Of a DNA stretch of 48,014 nt, positions 1 to 9,138 are shown one piece after another. The position numbers were made by a program, and so were the translations under genes. This stretch comes from Myxococcales bacterium (GTDB lineage Bacteria > Myxococcota_A > UBA9042): the NCBI GenBank assembly GCA_037441385.1, contig JBBISH010000037.1, positions 1 to 48,014 on the forward strand, given 5' to 3'. Below the pieces are notes generated by a model. The model made no database searches and had not been told where the DNA came from. It saw only the letters and a program-made list of their open reading frames with translations. Positions within the stretch are counted from its first letter, which is position 1. Each line of letters begins with the position of its first letter.

Positions 1-1532
1 GTGCAGGCGTTGCCGTCGTTGCACTTGGCGGTGTTGTTGGTGTGCTGGCAGGCGGCGGTGGCGTCGCACGAGTCATCCGTGCAGGGGTTGCCGTCGTCGC
101 AGTTGCGCGGACTGCCGGGCTTGCAGGCGCCAGCGGCGCACAGGTCGTTCTCGGTGCAGGCGTCGCCGTCGCTGCAGGTGCCGTCGACCGCGGCGTGCTG
201 GCAGCCGCCACTGGGGTCGCAACTATCGGCGGTGCAGGGATTTTTGTCTTCGCAGCTGGTGGCGCTGCCGGGGAGGCAGGTGCCGTCTTGGCAGTGGTCG
301 CCGCCAGTGCAGACGTTGTTGTCGGTGCAGGTGGCGCTGTTGGCGATGGGCACGCAACCCTTGGCCGAGTCACAGCTTTCGTCGGTGCACGGGTTGCCGT
401 CGTTGCAGACCACTACCTTGCTGCCTTTGCAGGCGCCGCCGCCGCACGTGTCGCCGGTGATGCAGGCGTCGCCGTCGTCGCAGGGGAGCTGGTTGTCGGT
501 GTGGGCGCAGCCGCTGATGGGCGAGCAAGTGTCCGTCGTGCAAGGGTTCTGGTCGTCGCAGACGGTGATGGTGCCGGGGAGGCACACGCCGTCTTTGCAG
601 GTGTCGTCGGCGCTGCAGCTGCTGCCGTCGTCGCAGGTGGCGGCGTTGGCCAGGCTCACGCAACCCTTGGCGGCGTCGCAGCTATCGTCGGTGCACGGGT
701 TGCCGTCGTTGCAGACGATGGCGGTGCCGGGGTTGCACTTGCCGTCGCCGCAGACGTCGCCCACGGTGCAGACGCTGCCATCGGTGCAGGGCAGGGTGTT
801 GGGGGTGCTGGCACAGCCGCCGACCGCGTCGCACGTCTCGGTAGTGCAAGGGTTCTGGTCGTCGCACGGGCTGGGCTTCTGCGGGACGCACGCGCCGCCT
901 TTGCAGGTGTCGTCGCTGGTGCAGGCGTTGTTGTCGTTGCACGGCGCGGTGTTGTTCGTAAAGACGCAGCCGGTGGCGGGGTCGCAGGCGTCGTCGGTGC
1001 ACGGGTTGCCGTCCGAGCACTGGATCGCGCCCTCGCCCACGCACGCGCCGCCTTTGCAGGTGTCCAGCGTGGTGCACTTGTTGTTGTCGGTGCACGGCAC
1101 GCTGTTGTTGGTGTGCACGCAGCCGCTCGCCGGTTCGCAGCCGTCCGAGGTGCACGGGTTGCCGTCGTCGCACGGCGTGACCGCGCCGGCCAGGCAGGCG
1201 CCGTCTTTGCAGGTGTCGCCGGTCGTGCAGGCGTTGTTGTCCTCGCAGGCGCCGCCATTGGCCGCAGGGGCGTAGCCGCAGGTGCTGCCCACGCACGTCG
1301 CGACCATGCAAGCCGCTTTGGCCGCTGGGCAATCGCTGGCCTGGGTGCACGGTGGGCTGGTCAACGTGTCGGTCTGCGGGGCGTCGCTGCTGGCGATGTC
1401 GCCGCTGCCGTCGCCGTTGCTGTCGGCGCTCTGGGTGGTATCCGTGCCCGAACCTGTGGTGCTGGTGGCGTTTTCGCAGGCTGCAAGGCTGGCGAGGATG
1501 AGGAAACAGCAAGCAAGGGATCGAATCTTCAT
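1..1532 (-). CDS. Cys-rich repeat lipoprotein (Dictyostelium-type CxDGNPCTxDxC repeats); 3' end runs off the window
   Basis: Translated by hand because the ORF track misses it (no stop in window): ATG at 1532 with GGAG upstream, MKIRSLACCFLILASLAAC lipobox, then many CDDGNPCTDDSCD / CxDxNACTxxDxC repeats. Confidence 0.9.
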   Translation of the reverse strand, partial: MKIRSLACCFLILASLAACENATSTTGSGTDTTQSADSNGDGSGDIASSDAPQTDTLTSPPCTQASDCPAAKAACMVATCVGSTCGYAPAANGGACEDNNACTTGDTCKDGACLAGAVTPCDDGNPCTSDGCEPASGCVHTNNSVPCTDNNKCTTLDTCKGGACVGEGAIQCSDGNPCTDDACDPATGCVFTNNTAPCNDNNACTSDDTCKGGACVPQKPSPCDDQNPCTTETCDAVGGCASTPNTLPCTDGSVCTVGDVCGDGKCNPGTAIVCNDGNPCTDDSCDAAKGCVSLANAATCDDGSSCSADDTCKDGVCLPGTITVCDDQNPCTTDTCSPISGCAHTDNQLPCDDGDACITGDTCGGGACKGSKVVVCNDGNPCTDESCDSAKGCVPIANSATCTDNNVCTGGDHCQDGTCLPGSATSCEDKNPCTADSCDPSGGCQHAAVDGTCSDGDACTENDLCAAGACKPGSPRNCDDGNPCTDDSCDATAACQHTNNTAKCNDGNAC

Positions 1533-1746
1533 GGCAACTCCGGCTGGACCGCGTTCACTGAGAGCGCCGCGCGCGTTCGATACCATAGCGGGTGCCGATC
1601 GGTAACTCAAGACGGTCGCGGGATTAGGCGACGTAGTGCGTTGGGTCTTCATGCAATCGCACAGATTGGCGTGGCGGGTGAGGTCGGGGCCCCGCTTGGC
1701 CGGGCTCGTTGGACCCAGGCGTCGCTTTGGCCACGCGGGGGCCCCT

Positions 1747-1845
1747 GGTTCGGGTTCGGGTTCGGGTACAGGAACGGGTACAGGAACGGGTACAGGAACA
1801 GGTACAGGAACAGGTACAGGAACGGGTACAGGAACAGGTACAGGT
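1747..1845. repeat. Intergenic tandem array (GGTTCG)x3 + (GGTACAGGAACR)x6
   Basis: Directly visible. The 18-mer GGGGCCCCTGGTTCGGGT occurs at 1738-1755 and again at 1893-1910. Confidence 0.9.
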
Positions 1846-2166
1846 CCCCACTTGGCCGAGTCCACCGGACTCGCCCATCCCTTCGGGCACGTGGGGCCCC
1901 TGGTTCGGGTGAGGACGTGCGTCCCGCGCGTCGGGTTCGGGCTCTGGATCGAGTACGGCAACCAGAACGGGTACGAGCAGGCCTGCGGCCTGCGACCGGG
2001 ATCGTTGCGGTGCGAGCAGGCCCAAGGCCGCGAACGGGTGAATGGATGCCCGAGCCTGATGCCGACCGATTCTGTCCAGGTAGTGCATGGCATGGTCTTG
2101 CTGCAGCCCTCATGTCGGCGTAGCATTGCCCTCATCACTGCAATGGTTTGTCCAAGGAGTTCAGCC

Positions 2167-4185
2167 ATGATTTTCGCCGTATCCAATCCAAGGTTGCCAA
2201 GCCCCTGGCCTGCGCTCTGCCTCGCCTGGAGCGCCTACCTGTTTGTGTCGTGCGCAGCGGCCGCGCCCGGAGGCGCCGGGGGCGCTTACTCCCCGCCCGT
2301 TGACGCAGGCAGCGACACTGCGACCACCGCGGCAGACACGAGCAGCGGGAGTAGCGGCGCCCGCACCGGCACCGGCAAATACCCTGCCAAAGGTGGCACC
2401 CCGAGCACCGGCGGCGGTAGCTGGACGGTCATGCTCTACTCGATGGCCGATACGAACCTGGAAGCCCCGATGATGCAGGACATCATGGAAATGGCCCAGG
2501 TTGGGTCATCGGCGACCCTGAACCTGGTGGTGCAGGTCGATCGCGCCGAAGGCTACTCGGACCGCGCCCTTGGGCCCATCGAGAACTTCACGACCACCAA
2601 ACGGTTTCGGGTCACCAAGGGCGGCCTGGAAGAGTTGGCCGACGTAGGCGAGCTGGACAGGACCAAGCCCGACGTCTTGGCCGACTTCGTCGGCTGGGCC
2701 ATCAAGCAGTATCCAGCGGATCACTATGCGCTCATCCTGTCCGACCATGGCGGCGGCTTCGTCGGCATGGGTCCCGACGACTCGACCGGCAAGTTCGACC
2801 TTTTGGACATGAGCGAGCTGCGCGACGGGCTGGCGGCTGGTCTGGGTGCAGGTGGGGTCGAGCGCCTTGACTTGATTGGCTTTGATGCCTGCCTGATGTC
2901 GACCCTGGAAGTGGGACTGGCCGTGCGGCCGTTTGCCCACCTCATGCTGGCGTCCGAAGAACTGGAACCCGGCCATGGCTGGAACTACGCCGCCCTGGAA
3001 GTACTCGCCAAGGATCCAGGCACCAGTGGCGCGGACTTGGGCAAGGCCCTGCTCGCCGGCTTTGTCGGTCAGGCGAACGAGAACAATACCGAGAGCGCGA
3101 TCACCCTGGCCCTCACCGACTTGAACAAGCTCCAGCCGATCGCCGACGCGGTCGACGCGCTGGCCGGGGCCGTCCAAGGCAACTTTGCCACCTCGGGTCT
3201 GGCGCTGGCCAAAGCCCGGGGTGCAGCACGGCAATTTGGCGCACAGCACAAGGATCAGGTCGGGCAGGTCGACTTGGGGCAGATTGCCGCTGGTGCCGCA
3301 AAGCAAGACCCGTCGCTCGCCACGGCCGGTGCTGCGCTGGTTCAGGCCATCAACAACGCGGTACTAGCCAAGCATGTGGGGCCCGCCTTGTCTGGGGCGA
3401 CGGGCCTGACCATCTACTTCCCCGGCAGCGCCAACCTCTACAAGGTCGAGTATGGCAACCTGGATTTCATGGCAGGCTGGCGCAGCATGCTCGGCGGCCT
3501 ATTTGGCTGGGCCAAGGGCAACCAGGCGACCACCAAGCCCGTCTTGACGCCGGCCGACCCGCCCATCATCGACAGCGGGGATAGCCTTGCCATCGTTGGC
3601 ACCTTGGCGCCGGGGACCGGCAAGTACATCGGCGAGGCGAACCTGTTGGTAGGCGAACTCGACAGCGCAAGCACTTCGGTCATGGCGTTCATGGTCCTGC
3701 CCGGCCAAGTCAAGGACGACAAAGTTGTCGCGGGTTGGCCCAAGTCCGTCGCGGTGTTGACCCAAGGCACGGAGCAGGTGCCTGGGTTCGTGCAGTTGCA
3801 GATCACGGATGGCTATGTGGTCGCCGACTTCCCGATTGTCTATACCGCGCCAGGGCTTGCGGCCACGGGCGGCTTGATGCGATTCGTCTACGACGCCAAC
3901 ACCTCGGCCCTGGTGGACCAGCCGATCTTGTTCGTCGAGAGTGATGGGGTAGTGGGCGCCATCACTGCCGCGGCCGGATCGACGGTCGAGCCGATGGTCC
4001 TGGTTCTCGACTCGGCCGGGGCGCAGACGTGGAAGCCCGTTGGCAAGGCGTTGGCCGGGGACTCGGCGATGGGCGCCAATCTGGTGCCCTACGGCAGCGG
4101 CAACGTGTACATGGCCCTGATTGTTTCGGATCTGGCGGGTCAGTCGGCGATGATCGGCGGGGCTTGGGCTTTGACGGCGCCGTAG
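2167..4185 (+). CDS. Clostripain-family (peptidase C11) lipoprotein
   Basis: AAGGAG RBS before ATG 2167; motifs WTVMLYSMADTNLE, LILSDHGGG (catalytic His), GFDACLM (catalytic Cys), ASEELEPGHGW. Confidence 0.9.
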   Translation: MIFAVSNPRLPSPWPALCLAWSAYLFVSCAAAAPGGAGGAYSPPVDAGSDTATTAADTSSGSSGARTGTGKYPAKGGTPSTGGGSWTVMLYSMADTNLEAPMMQDIMEMAQVGSSATLNLVVQVDRAEGYSDRALGPIENFTTTKRFRVTKGGLEELADVGELDRTKPDVLADFVGWAIKQYPADHYALILSDHGGGFVGMGPDDSTGKFDLLDMSELRDGLAAGLGAGGVERLDLIGFDACLMSTLEVGLAVRPFAHLMLASEELEPGHGWNYAALEVLAKDPGTSGADLGKALLAGFVGQANENNTESAITLALTDLNKLQPIADAVDALAGAVQGNFATSGLALAKARGAARQFGAQHKDQVGQVDLGQIAAGAAKQDPSLATAGAALVQAINNAVLAKHVGPALSGATGLTIYFPGSANLYKVEYGNLDFMAGWRSMLGGLFGWAKGNQATTKPVLTPADPPIIDSGDSLAIVGTLAPGTGKYIGEANLLVGELDSASTSVMAFMVLPGQVKDDKVVAGWPKSVAVLTQGTEQVPGFVQLQITDGYVVADFPIVYTAPGLAATGGLMRFVYDANTSALVDQPILFVESDGVVGAITAAAGSTVEPMVLVLDSAGAQTWKPVGKALAGDSAMGANLVPYGSGNVYMALIVSDLAGQSAMIGGAWALTAP

Positions 4186-4323
4186 CGGGCGCGGCTCGCA
4201 CTGTCAAGCTACCGCTCCCTCCGCCCCTCCGCGAGGCATTCAAACGGGGTCCCCTTGACAATTCGCCGCGGACGGACAAAAGAGAATCGCGCGGAAGCAC
4301 GAATCTCACGACTGAGAACCACC

Positions 4324-4863
4324 ATGAACCCCAACGCCACCATCGCCGACCTCCTAAACCAACTCCCCGACCCAGCCCCCGACCAAACCCCCGAATCCTA
4401 CCTCGCCGCCCTCTCGACCACCGCCCAGACCGCCCAAATCCACGCCAACGCCTACCGCATCAAGCTGGGCCAAACCCTCTTGGCCAGCAAACCCAAGGCC
4501 CGCAGCGGCGTCACCGCCTGGGAAGCCGCGCACGCCGAGCGAATGGGCATCGAGGTCCGCCAGGTGCGCAACTACTGCGCTATCGCCAAGGTGGTCACGC
4601 AATCCGCCGGCAAGATGCCCGCAGCGGCGCTGGACCGGCCGATGACCAAGGTGGTCGCCGAGGCCAAGCAACTGCAGAGCGGCGAGCCCAGCAACAAACC
4701 GCCGCGCAAGCCGCGCGACCCGCAGCAAGAGGCGATTGCGGCGGTGGTGCGGTTGGTCGAAAAGCAGGCGCCAGAGGACCAGATGGCCTGGCTCGACGCC
4801 TTTCGCATCGCGGTGGAGGTCGGCCTGGCCCAGAAGCAAGGCCTTGGCGCGGCGATGGATTAG
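4324..4863 (+). CDS. Hypothetical protein, DUF3102-like helical putative DNA-binding protein
   Basis: Coding-like codon usage; IKLGQTLLASK...WEAAHAERMGIEVRQVRNYCAIAK resembles the DUF3102 pattern (by eye). Confidence 0.55.
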   Translation: MNPNATIADLLNQLPDPAPDQTPESYLAALSTTAQTAQIHANAYRIKLGQTLLASKPKARSGVTAWEAAHAERMGIEVRQVRNYCAIAKVVTQSAGKMPAAALDRPMTKVVAEAKQLQSGEPSNKPPRKPRDPQQEAIAAVVRLVEKQAPEDQMAWLDAFRIAVEVGLAQKQGLGAAMD

Positions 4864-4891
4864 GTGCGCAAGGGCGCGCTGGGCGAAATCT

Positions 4892-5051
4892 ATTTTCCCG
4901 CTATTGGCAATCGAATTGCCAATACGGCAGGCCCCGCCGCTTCCCTGCCTTCGGTGGGGTCATTGAACTCGCCAGAACTTCAAGAGATTCTCGACCTGGC
5001 CCGCCGCAGGCCGGGCTTTGTGCCTGTAGCCGTGGCTTCAGCCGCCGGGCA
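4892..5051. repeat. 160-bp direct repeat copy 1 (palindrome plus REP-like element)
   Basis: Colinear without gaps with 5865-6024; contains TATTGGCAAT-CGA-ATTGCCAATA and GGCCGGGCTTTGTGCCTGTAGCCGTGGCTTCAGCCGCCGGGC. Confidence 0.9.
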
Positions 5052-5162
5052 CCCGTCTGGCGGCGCCCAGCCAGCCGCGTACAACCACAAACCCCGCGCA
5101 TCCCGCCGGTTCAGCGTCGCTTTGACTTGCCCGGCCAACCGGCGTCACCTAAACTGCAGGAC

Positions 5163-5405
5163 ATGGCCGAGCCGACTCCACAATCCCAACCGCCGTCCGA
5201 CCGCAGCCACTGGCACGCGCAGGTGATTCGGCCCGGCGACGACCGCGCTACCGTCGAGGCCGACTTTGACGCTCGCCAACCGCAAACTCCGGCAGAACGT
5301 TTGGCCTTGGCGTGGCAGCTGAGCGTCGAGTCTGGGCGTCTGGCCGGCTGGGGGGACGGCGAACCAGGACTTTCTCGACCTCATTGCATACCTGAACGCC
5401 GCTAA
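5163..5405 (+). CDS. Small (80 aa) partner protein of a nucleotidyltransferase pair (putative antitoxin-like)
   Basis: ATG 5163; TPAERLALAWQLS motif typical of short ORFs overlapping this NTase family. Confidence 0.65.
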   Translation: MAEPTPQSQPPSDRSHWHAQVIRPGDDRATVEADFDARQPQTPAERLALAWQLSVESGRLAGWGDGEPGLSRPHCIPERR

Positions 5406-5808
5406 CGCCAGGTACTTGCTGGTTGGCGGCTACGCAGTGGCGGCGCACGGGCACGCTCGCGCCACCAAGGACTTGGATGTCTGGGTCGAACCCACAGCGG
5501 ACAACGCGGCCCGGGTCATGGCCGCCCTGGCCAACTTTGGCGCGCCGCTGGCCGGGTTGGTCGAGCGCGATTTGGCGACCCCGCACTACGGATTCATGAT
5601 GGGCGCGCCGCCGCGGCGCGTCGACGTGCTGACCGCCGTGGACGGGCTGGACTTTGCCGAATCGTGGCAGCGGCGCGTGGTCTTTGCGGTCGCCGACGGC
5701 CAGACGGCGCCGTTCTTGTCGCTGGAGGACCTCATTGCCAACAAGCAAGCGGCCGGTAGGCGACAGGAACTGGCTGACGTAGCGGCCCTCCTTCGGCGCG
5801 ACCGCTGA
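5356..5808 (+). CDS. Nucleotidyltransferase (DUF6036/AbiEii-like); start uncertain (ACG 5356 or TTG 5416)
   Basis: NQDFLDLIAYLNAANARYLLVGGYAVAAHGHARATKDLD; C-terminal LIANKQAAGRRQELAD. Confidence 0.8.
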   Translation, partial: TANQDFLDLIAYLNAANARYLLVGGYAVAAHGHARATKDLDVWVEPTADNAARVMAALANFGAPLAGLVERDLATPHYGFMMGAPPRRVDVLTAVDGLDFAESWQRRVVFAVADGQTAPFLSLEDLIANKQAAGRRQELADVAALLRRDR

Positions 5809-5864
5809 AGGTTCTGGCAGCCGCGCGGCGACCTCCCGCCCGCCCGGCGACCCAAACGAAACAC

Positions 5865-6024
5865 ATTTTCCCGCTATTGGCAATCGAATTGCCAATACGG
5901 CTGGACCTGCCGCATCCCTGCCTTCGATGGCACCATCGAACTCAATAGAATCTCTCGAGACTCCCGACCGAGCCCGGCGAAGGCCGGGCTTTGTACCCCT
6001 AGCCGTGGCTTCAGCCGCCGGGCA
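5865..6024. repeat. 160-bp direct repeat copy 2
   Basis: Starts with the same ATTTTCCCGCTATTGGCAATCGAATTGCCAATACGGC and ends with the same TAGCCGTGGCTTCAGCCGCCGGGCA as copy 1. Confidence 0.9.
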
Positions 6025-6126
6025 TTTCCCACACCCAGCCGCGCCATCCGCGCGAGCGGCGAGGCGCCCCAAAACCCTTTGAAGTTACACACTAGAAAAC
6101 GCACGGCATCTGCCAGGCGCGGCCGC

Positions 6127-7620
6127 CTACTTGCACGCCGCCAAAGCCTTGACCGGCATTCCGGTCTTCAACGCCACACACGCGTTGGCGTAGTCCTTGC
6201 CATCGCACCCGCAGACGGGGGCAACGTCGGTTGGGCAGACGGCGGGCAGGGTCAAGCAAGTACCGTAGGCCAAGTCCGGACCGCAGCCTACCGACAGGCA
6301 TGTTTGGCCACTTGGGCAGGGCACATCCAAACTACCGCCACTGCCGTACGGGACCGCCATCGCGCAAGGGGTGGCCGTGGCAGTGCACGAGCCGGCATAG
6401 GCCACTGAACTTCCCGCTTGCATGGCCAAGCACGCGTTGTTGTAGGTCTTGCCGTCGCACGCACACACCGGCTGCACGACGGTGGGGCATCCGGCGGGAA
6501 CCGGGCTCGCTATGCACAATCCGCCGCCGCCGCATTGGCCCGGCGTCCGCACGCAAACTGCCCCAGGTCCGCACGGTGGCTGGCCAATGCTGCCGCACGT
6601 GCCGAACTCGCCCGGGCATTGTCCGGCCCAGGCGATCGCGCCGTTTTTTTGCTTCTCTTGCAGATACATACACACGTCAAGGAGATGTACCGGCGCCCCT
6701 TCGCACGAGCAGAAGTCCTCTCCGCCCGTCAAGCAGGGATTTGACCCGGACACCTTGCCGCTACCAGGGCACGGACCCCAGCAGGACGAATACTCGCTGG
6801 TGCACGAGCCGCACGCACCGTAGTTGGCGACTCCCACGCTCGCGCTCACCGCGGCGCATTCGCTGGGGTAGTCCTTTCCGTCGCAGCCGCATACCGGTTC
6901 CCCGGCTGGACAACTGATGGGCGCAAAGACACACAACGCCGGGCCATTGCAGCCAGCGTGGCGGCATACCATCCCTGCACCGCAGTCGGCGGCGACCTTG
7001 CAGGGCTGGCCAAGGCTGGCGTAGGCGATGGGGGCCGACGTGTCCGTTCCGCTCGCATCGCTCGCCGTGTCGGCAACGTCCTCCGCGGGCACATCCAGAG
7101 GCGCGTCGGCAGCGGCATCTGCGCTCGTGTCCGGGATGGCGTCCACGGCAGCGTCCAAACTCGCATCCGCGATTACGTCGGCGGTGGCCGCCACGTCGTC
7201 GCCGGCGACCAGGTCGGCATCGGCTGCAGCTGCTGCGTCGCTTTCAGCGTCCTGCTGAATCAAGTCCGGCGCCGGCAGTTCGGCGTCCAACAAGTCCGTG
7301 TCGGTGTCCGCACCGGCTGAGCCATCTCCAGACTCGACAGAATCCGCAAGATCAGCACCGATTTGCCCGATGTCTGCCTGGTCGCCACCTGTGCCATCCG
7401 GCGATGCCAGCGTTTCGGCGGCAGTCGCCTGGTCTTGATCGGTCGGGCTATCGGCCGTGCTGTCGCCCTGGCCAGCATCTGCCTCGCTCTGGTTGCCTTG
7501 GCCGGCAGCCGACGGGCCGATCGACGGACAGCCGGCAAGGGTGGTCAACGCCAGCCCCGCAGCAACCCAGCCGAGGGTCCAACTTGGAGCGCGTGAATTC
7601 TCTGGCTGTTTGCGGTGCAT
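6127..7620 (-). CDS. Kazal-type repeat lipoprotein with Asp/Ala-rich linker
   Basis: GGAG before ATG 7620; LTTLAGC lipobox; three PVC(G/A)CDGKxYxxxC Kazal-like motifs. Confidence 0.85.
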   Translation of the reverse strand: MHRKQPENSRAPSWTLGWVAAGLALTTLAGCPSIGPSAAGQGNQSEADAGQGDSTADSPTDQDQATAAETLASPDGTGGDQADIGQIGADLADSVESGDGSAGADTDTDLLDAELPAPDLIQQDAESDAAAAADADLVAGDDVAATADVIADASLDAAVDAIPDTSADAAADAPLDVPAEDVADTASDASGTDTSAPIAYASLGQPCKVAADCGAGMVCRHAGCNGPALCVFAPISCPAGEPVCGCDGKDYPSECAAVSASVGVANYGACGSCTSEYSSCWGPCPGSGKVSGSNPCLTGGEDFCSCEGAPVHLLDVCMYLQEKQKNGAIAWAGQCPGEFGTCGSIGQPPCGPGAVCVRTPGQCGGGGLCIASPVPAGCPTVVQPVCACDGKTYNNACLAMQAGSSVAYAGSCTATATPCAMAVPYGSGGSLDVPCPSGQTCLSVGCGPDLAYGTCLTLPAVCPTDVAPVCGCDGKDYANACVALKTGMPVKALAACK

Positions 7621-7781
7621 GTCGGACTCCATCCAGGGGGGCGCTGAGTTCACGTCTCGGGTCGTCAAGCGCGAACAGACTGCGCGCGCCGACAGCACTT
7701 TCGCGAGGATGGACTGAGTATGGCGTACTTGCCCCACGCCCACAAGGCGGGGACCCGAGCCCGAACCCGACCCCAAACTCC

Positions 7782-9062
7782 CTACCCCAACAGCGAAACC
7801 GGCGGCGGCTCCACCTCGACCAAGTGCTCGAAGTCCTGCTTGAACTGGTCCAGGGTCACGTGCGCCGTCGCCGCGAACTTGGCCAGCGCGTGCGGGTCCT
7901 CGAAGTCGTCGCGCCGCAGCCGAATCATGTAGCGCCGCGCGATCTTGTAGCGGTCCGAGGCGATGTCGACCATCCGCACCTTGGTCTTGCCGGTCTTGGG
8001 GTCCATCATGCTGGTCAGCGGCAACGCCTGGAACACGTCTTGCTGCATCGTGACCATGATGCCCGAGCCACCCTCGTCCAAGTACTTGGCCGCGCAATAG
8101 CCCAGGTCGCGGGTGTACTCCATGTCAAAGGGAATTGGGTCGGCGCAGCGCAGCTCGTAGCCGATGTTCTTGGCGACGATGGTGCTCTTGATCCCATACT
8201 TCTTCAGCCCCAACAGCACCTGGGCCTTGAGGATCTCGCCAAAGTCGATCTCGGCAATTCGCAGGTTGTCGTGGGCGTCGCGCTCGGCGTGGCCGGCGAT
8301 GGTCGCCAGGTCCTCGGGACTCATGCCCTCGACCAGGCCCTCGGCCAGCACCGCCACGCCGTCCGGCCGGCCGTCGGCCAGGCGCTTGACGATCGCCCCC
8401 ACCAAGGTGTCCACCACGCGCTTGAGGGTCACATGCCCGCCGAATTCCTCCGGAATCAGCGTCAATGTTGCGCCCGCCGACTTGCCGATGCCCAGCGCCA
8501 GGTGGCCGGCTTTGCGGCCCATCGCCACGCAAAAGTACCAGCGCGAGGTGGTCTTGGCGTCGACCATCAGGTTCTTGACGATCTCCACGCCGATGTGACG
8601 CGCGGTCTGGTAGCCAAAAGTGCACATGTTCTTGGGCAGATCCAGGTCGTTGTCGATGGTTTTGGGCACGTGGACCACCCGGATGCGGCCCTTGCTGTGC
8701 TCTTGCAGGCGGTGTGCGGAGTAGGCCGTGTCGTCGCCGCCGATGGTGATCAGCTTGTCGATGTTCAGGCGCAATAGGCTGATCACCGCGTTTTCCAGGT
8801 AGTGCTCGCTTTTGGTGGGGTTGGCGCGGGCGATGCCGATGAACGAGCCGCCGCGGAAGTGGATGCGGCTGACGGCGTCGATGGTCAGCGGCGTGACGTG
8901 GTCGATGTTGCCTTCCATGATCCACTTGAAGCCGTCGCGGATGCCGATGACTTCGCAGCCCGACAGGATGCCGCGGATGGTGGCGGCGCCAATGACGCTG
9001 TTGATGCCGGGGGCCGGGCCGCCGCCGACCAGGATGCCTAAGCGCTTGATACTCTGGGTCAT
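7782..9062 (-). CDS. pfp: Pyrophosphate-dependent phosphofructokinase
   Basis: GGGPAPGIN, GGDDT and PKTIDND (PPi-type Asp and Lys signatures), MGR, GYELR. Confidence 0.92.
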   Translation of the reverse strand: MTQSIKRLGILVGGGPAPGINSVIGAATIRGILSGCEVIGIRDGFKWIMEGNIDHVTPLTIDAVSRIHFRGGSFIGIARANPTKSEHYLENAVISLLRLNIDKLITIGGDDTAYSAHRLQEHSKGRIRVVHVPKTIDNDLDLPKNMCTFGYQTARHIGVEIVKNLMVDAKTTSRWYFCVAMGRKAGHLALGIGKSAGATLTLIPEEFGGHVTLKRVVDTLVGAIVKRLADGRPDGVAVLAEGLVEGMSPEDLATIAGHAERDAHDNLRIAEIDFGEILKAQVLLGLKKYGIKSTIVAKNIGYELRCADPIPFDMEYTRDLGYCAAKYLDEGGSGIMVTMQQDVFQALPLTSMMDPKTGKTKVRMVDIASDRYKIARRYMIRLRRDDFEDPHALAKFAATAHVTLDQFKQDFEHLVEVEPPPVSLLG

Positions 9063-9138
9063 GTTCGATTCCTTGCCGCCGCCGGGACTGGCGCGGACTG
9101 CGGCGCAACACTACTCCCCGCACCGGGCCGCGGCAAGG

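Noticed and set aside
2087..2102. TGGCATGGTCTTGCT as a sigma54 promoter
   Set aside because: Spacing is GG-N9-GC; sigma54 needs N10.
1..2123. Long plus-strand ORFs 1-1275 and 42-2123
   Set aside because: Antisense shadows of the Cys-rich minus-strand gene; high GC suppresses stop codons.
1636..2166. N-terminal extension of the clostripain ORF through the GT repeat
   Set aside because: The RBS and signal peptide sit at 2167; the extension would bury the signal peptide.
4892..6024. Integron attC sites or CRISPR repeats
   Set aside because: No RYYYAAC/GTTRRRY ends, no integrase, only two long copies and no cas genes.
7621..8097. Upstream extension of the Kazal ORF
   Set aside because: Overlaps pfp in another frame; the lipoprotein signal begins at 7620.
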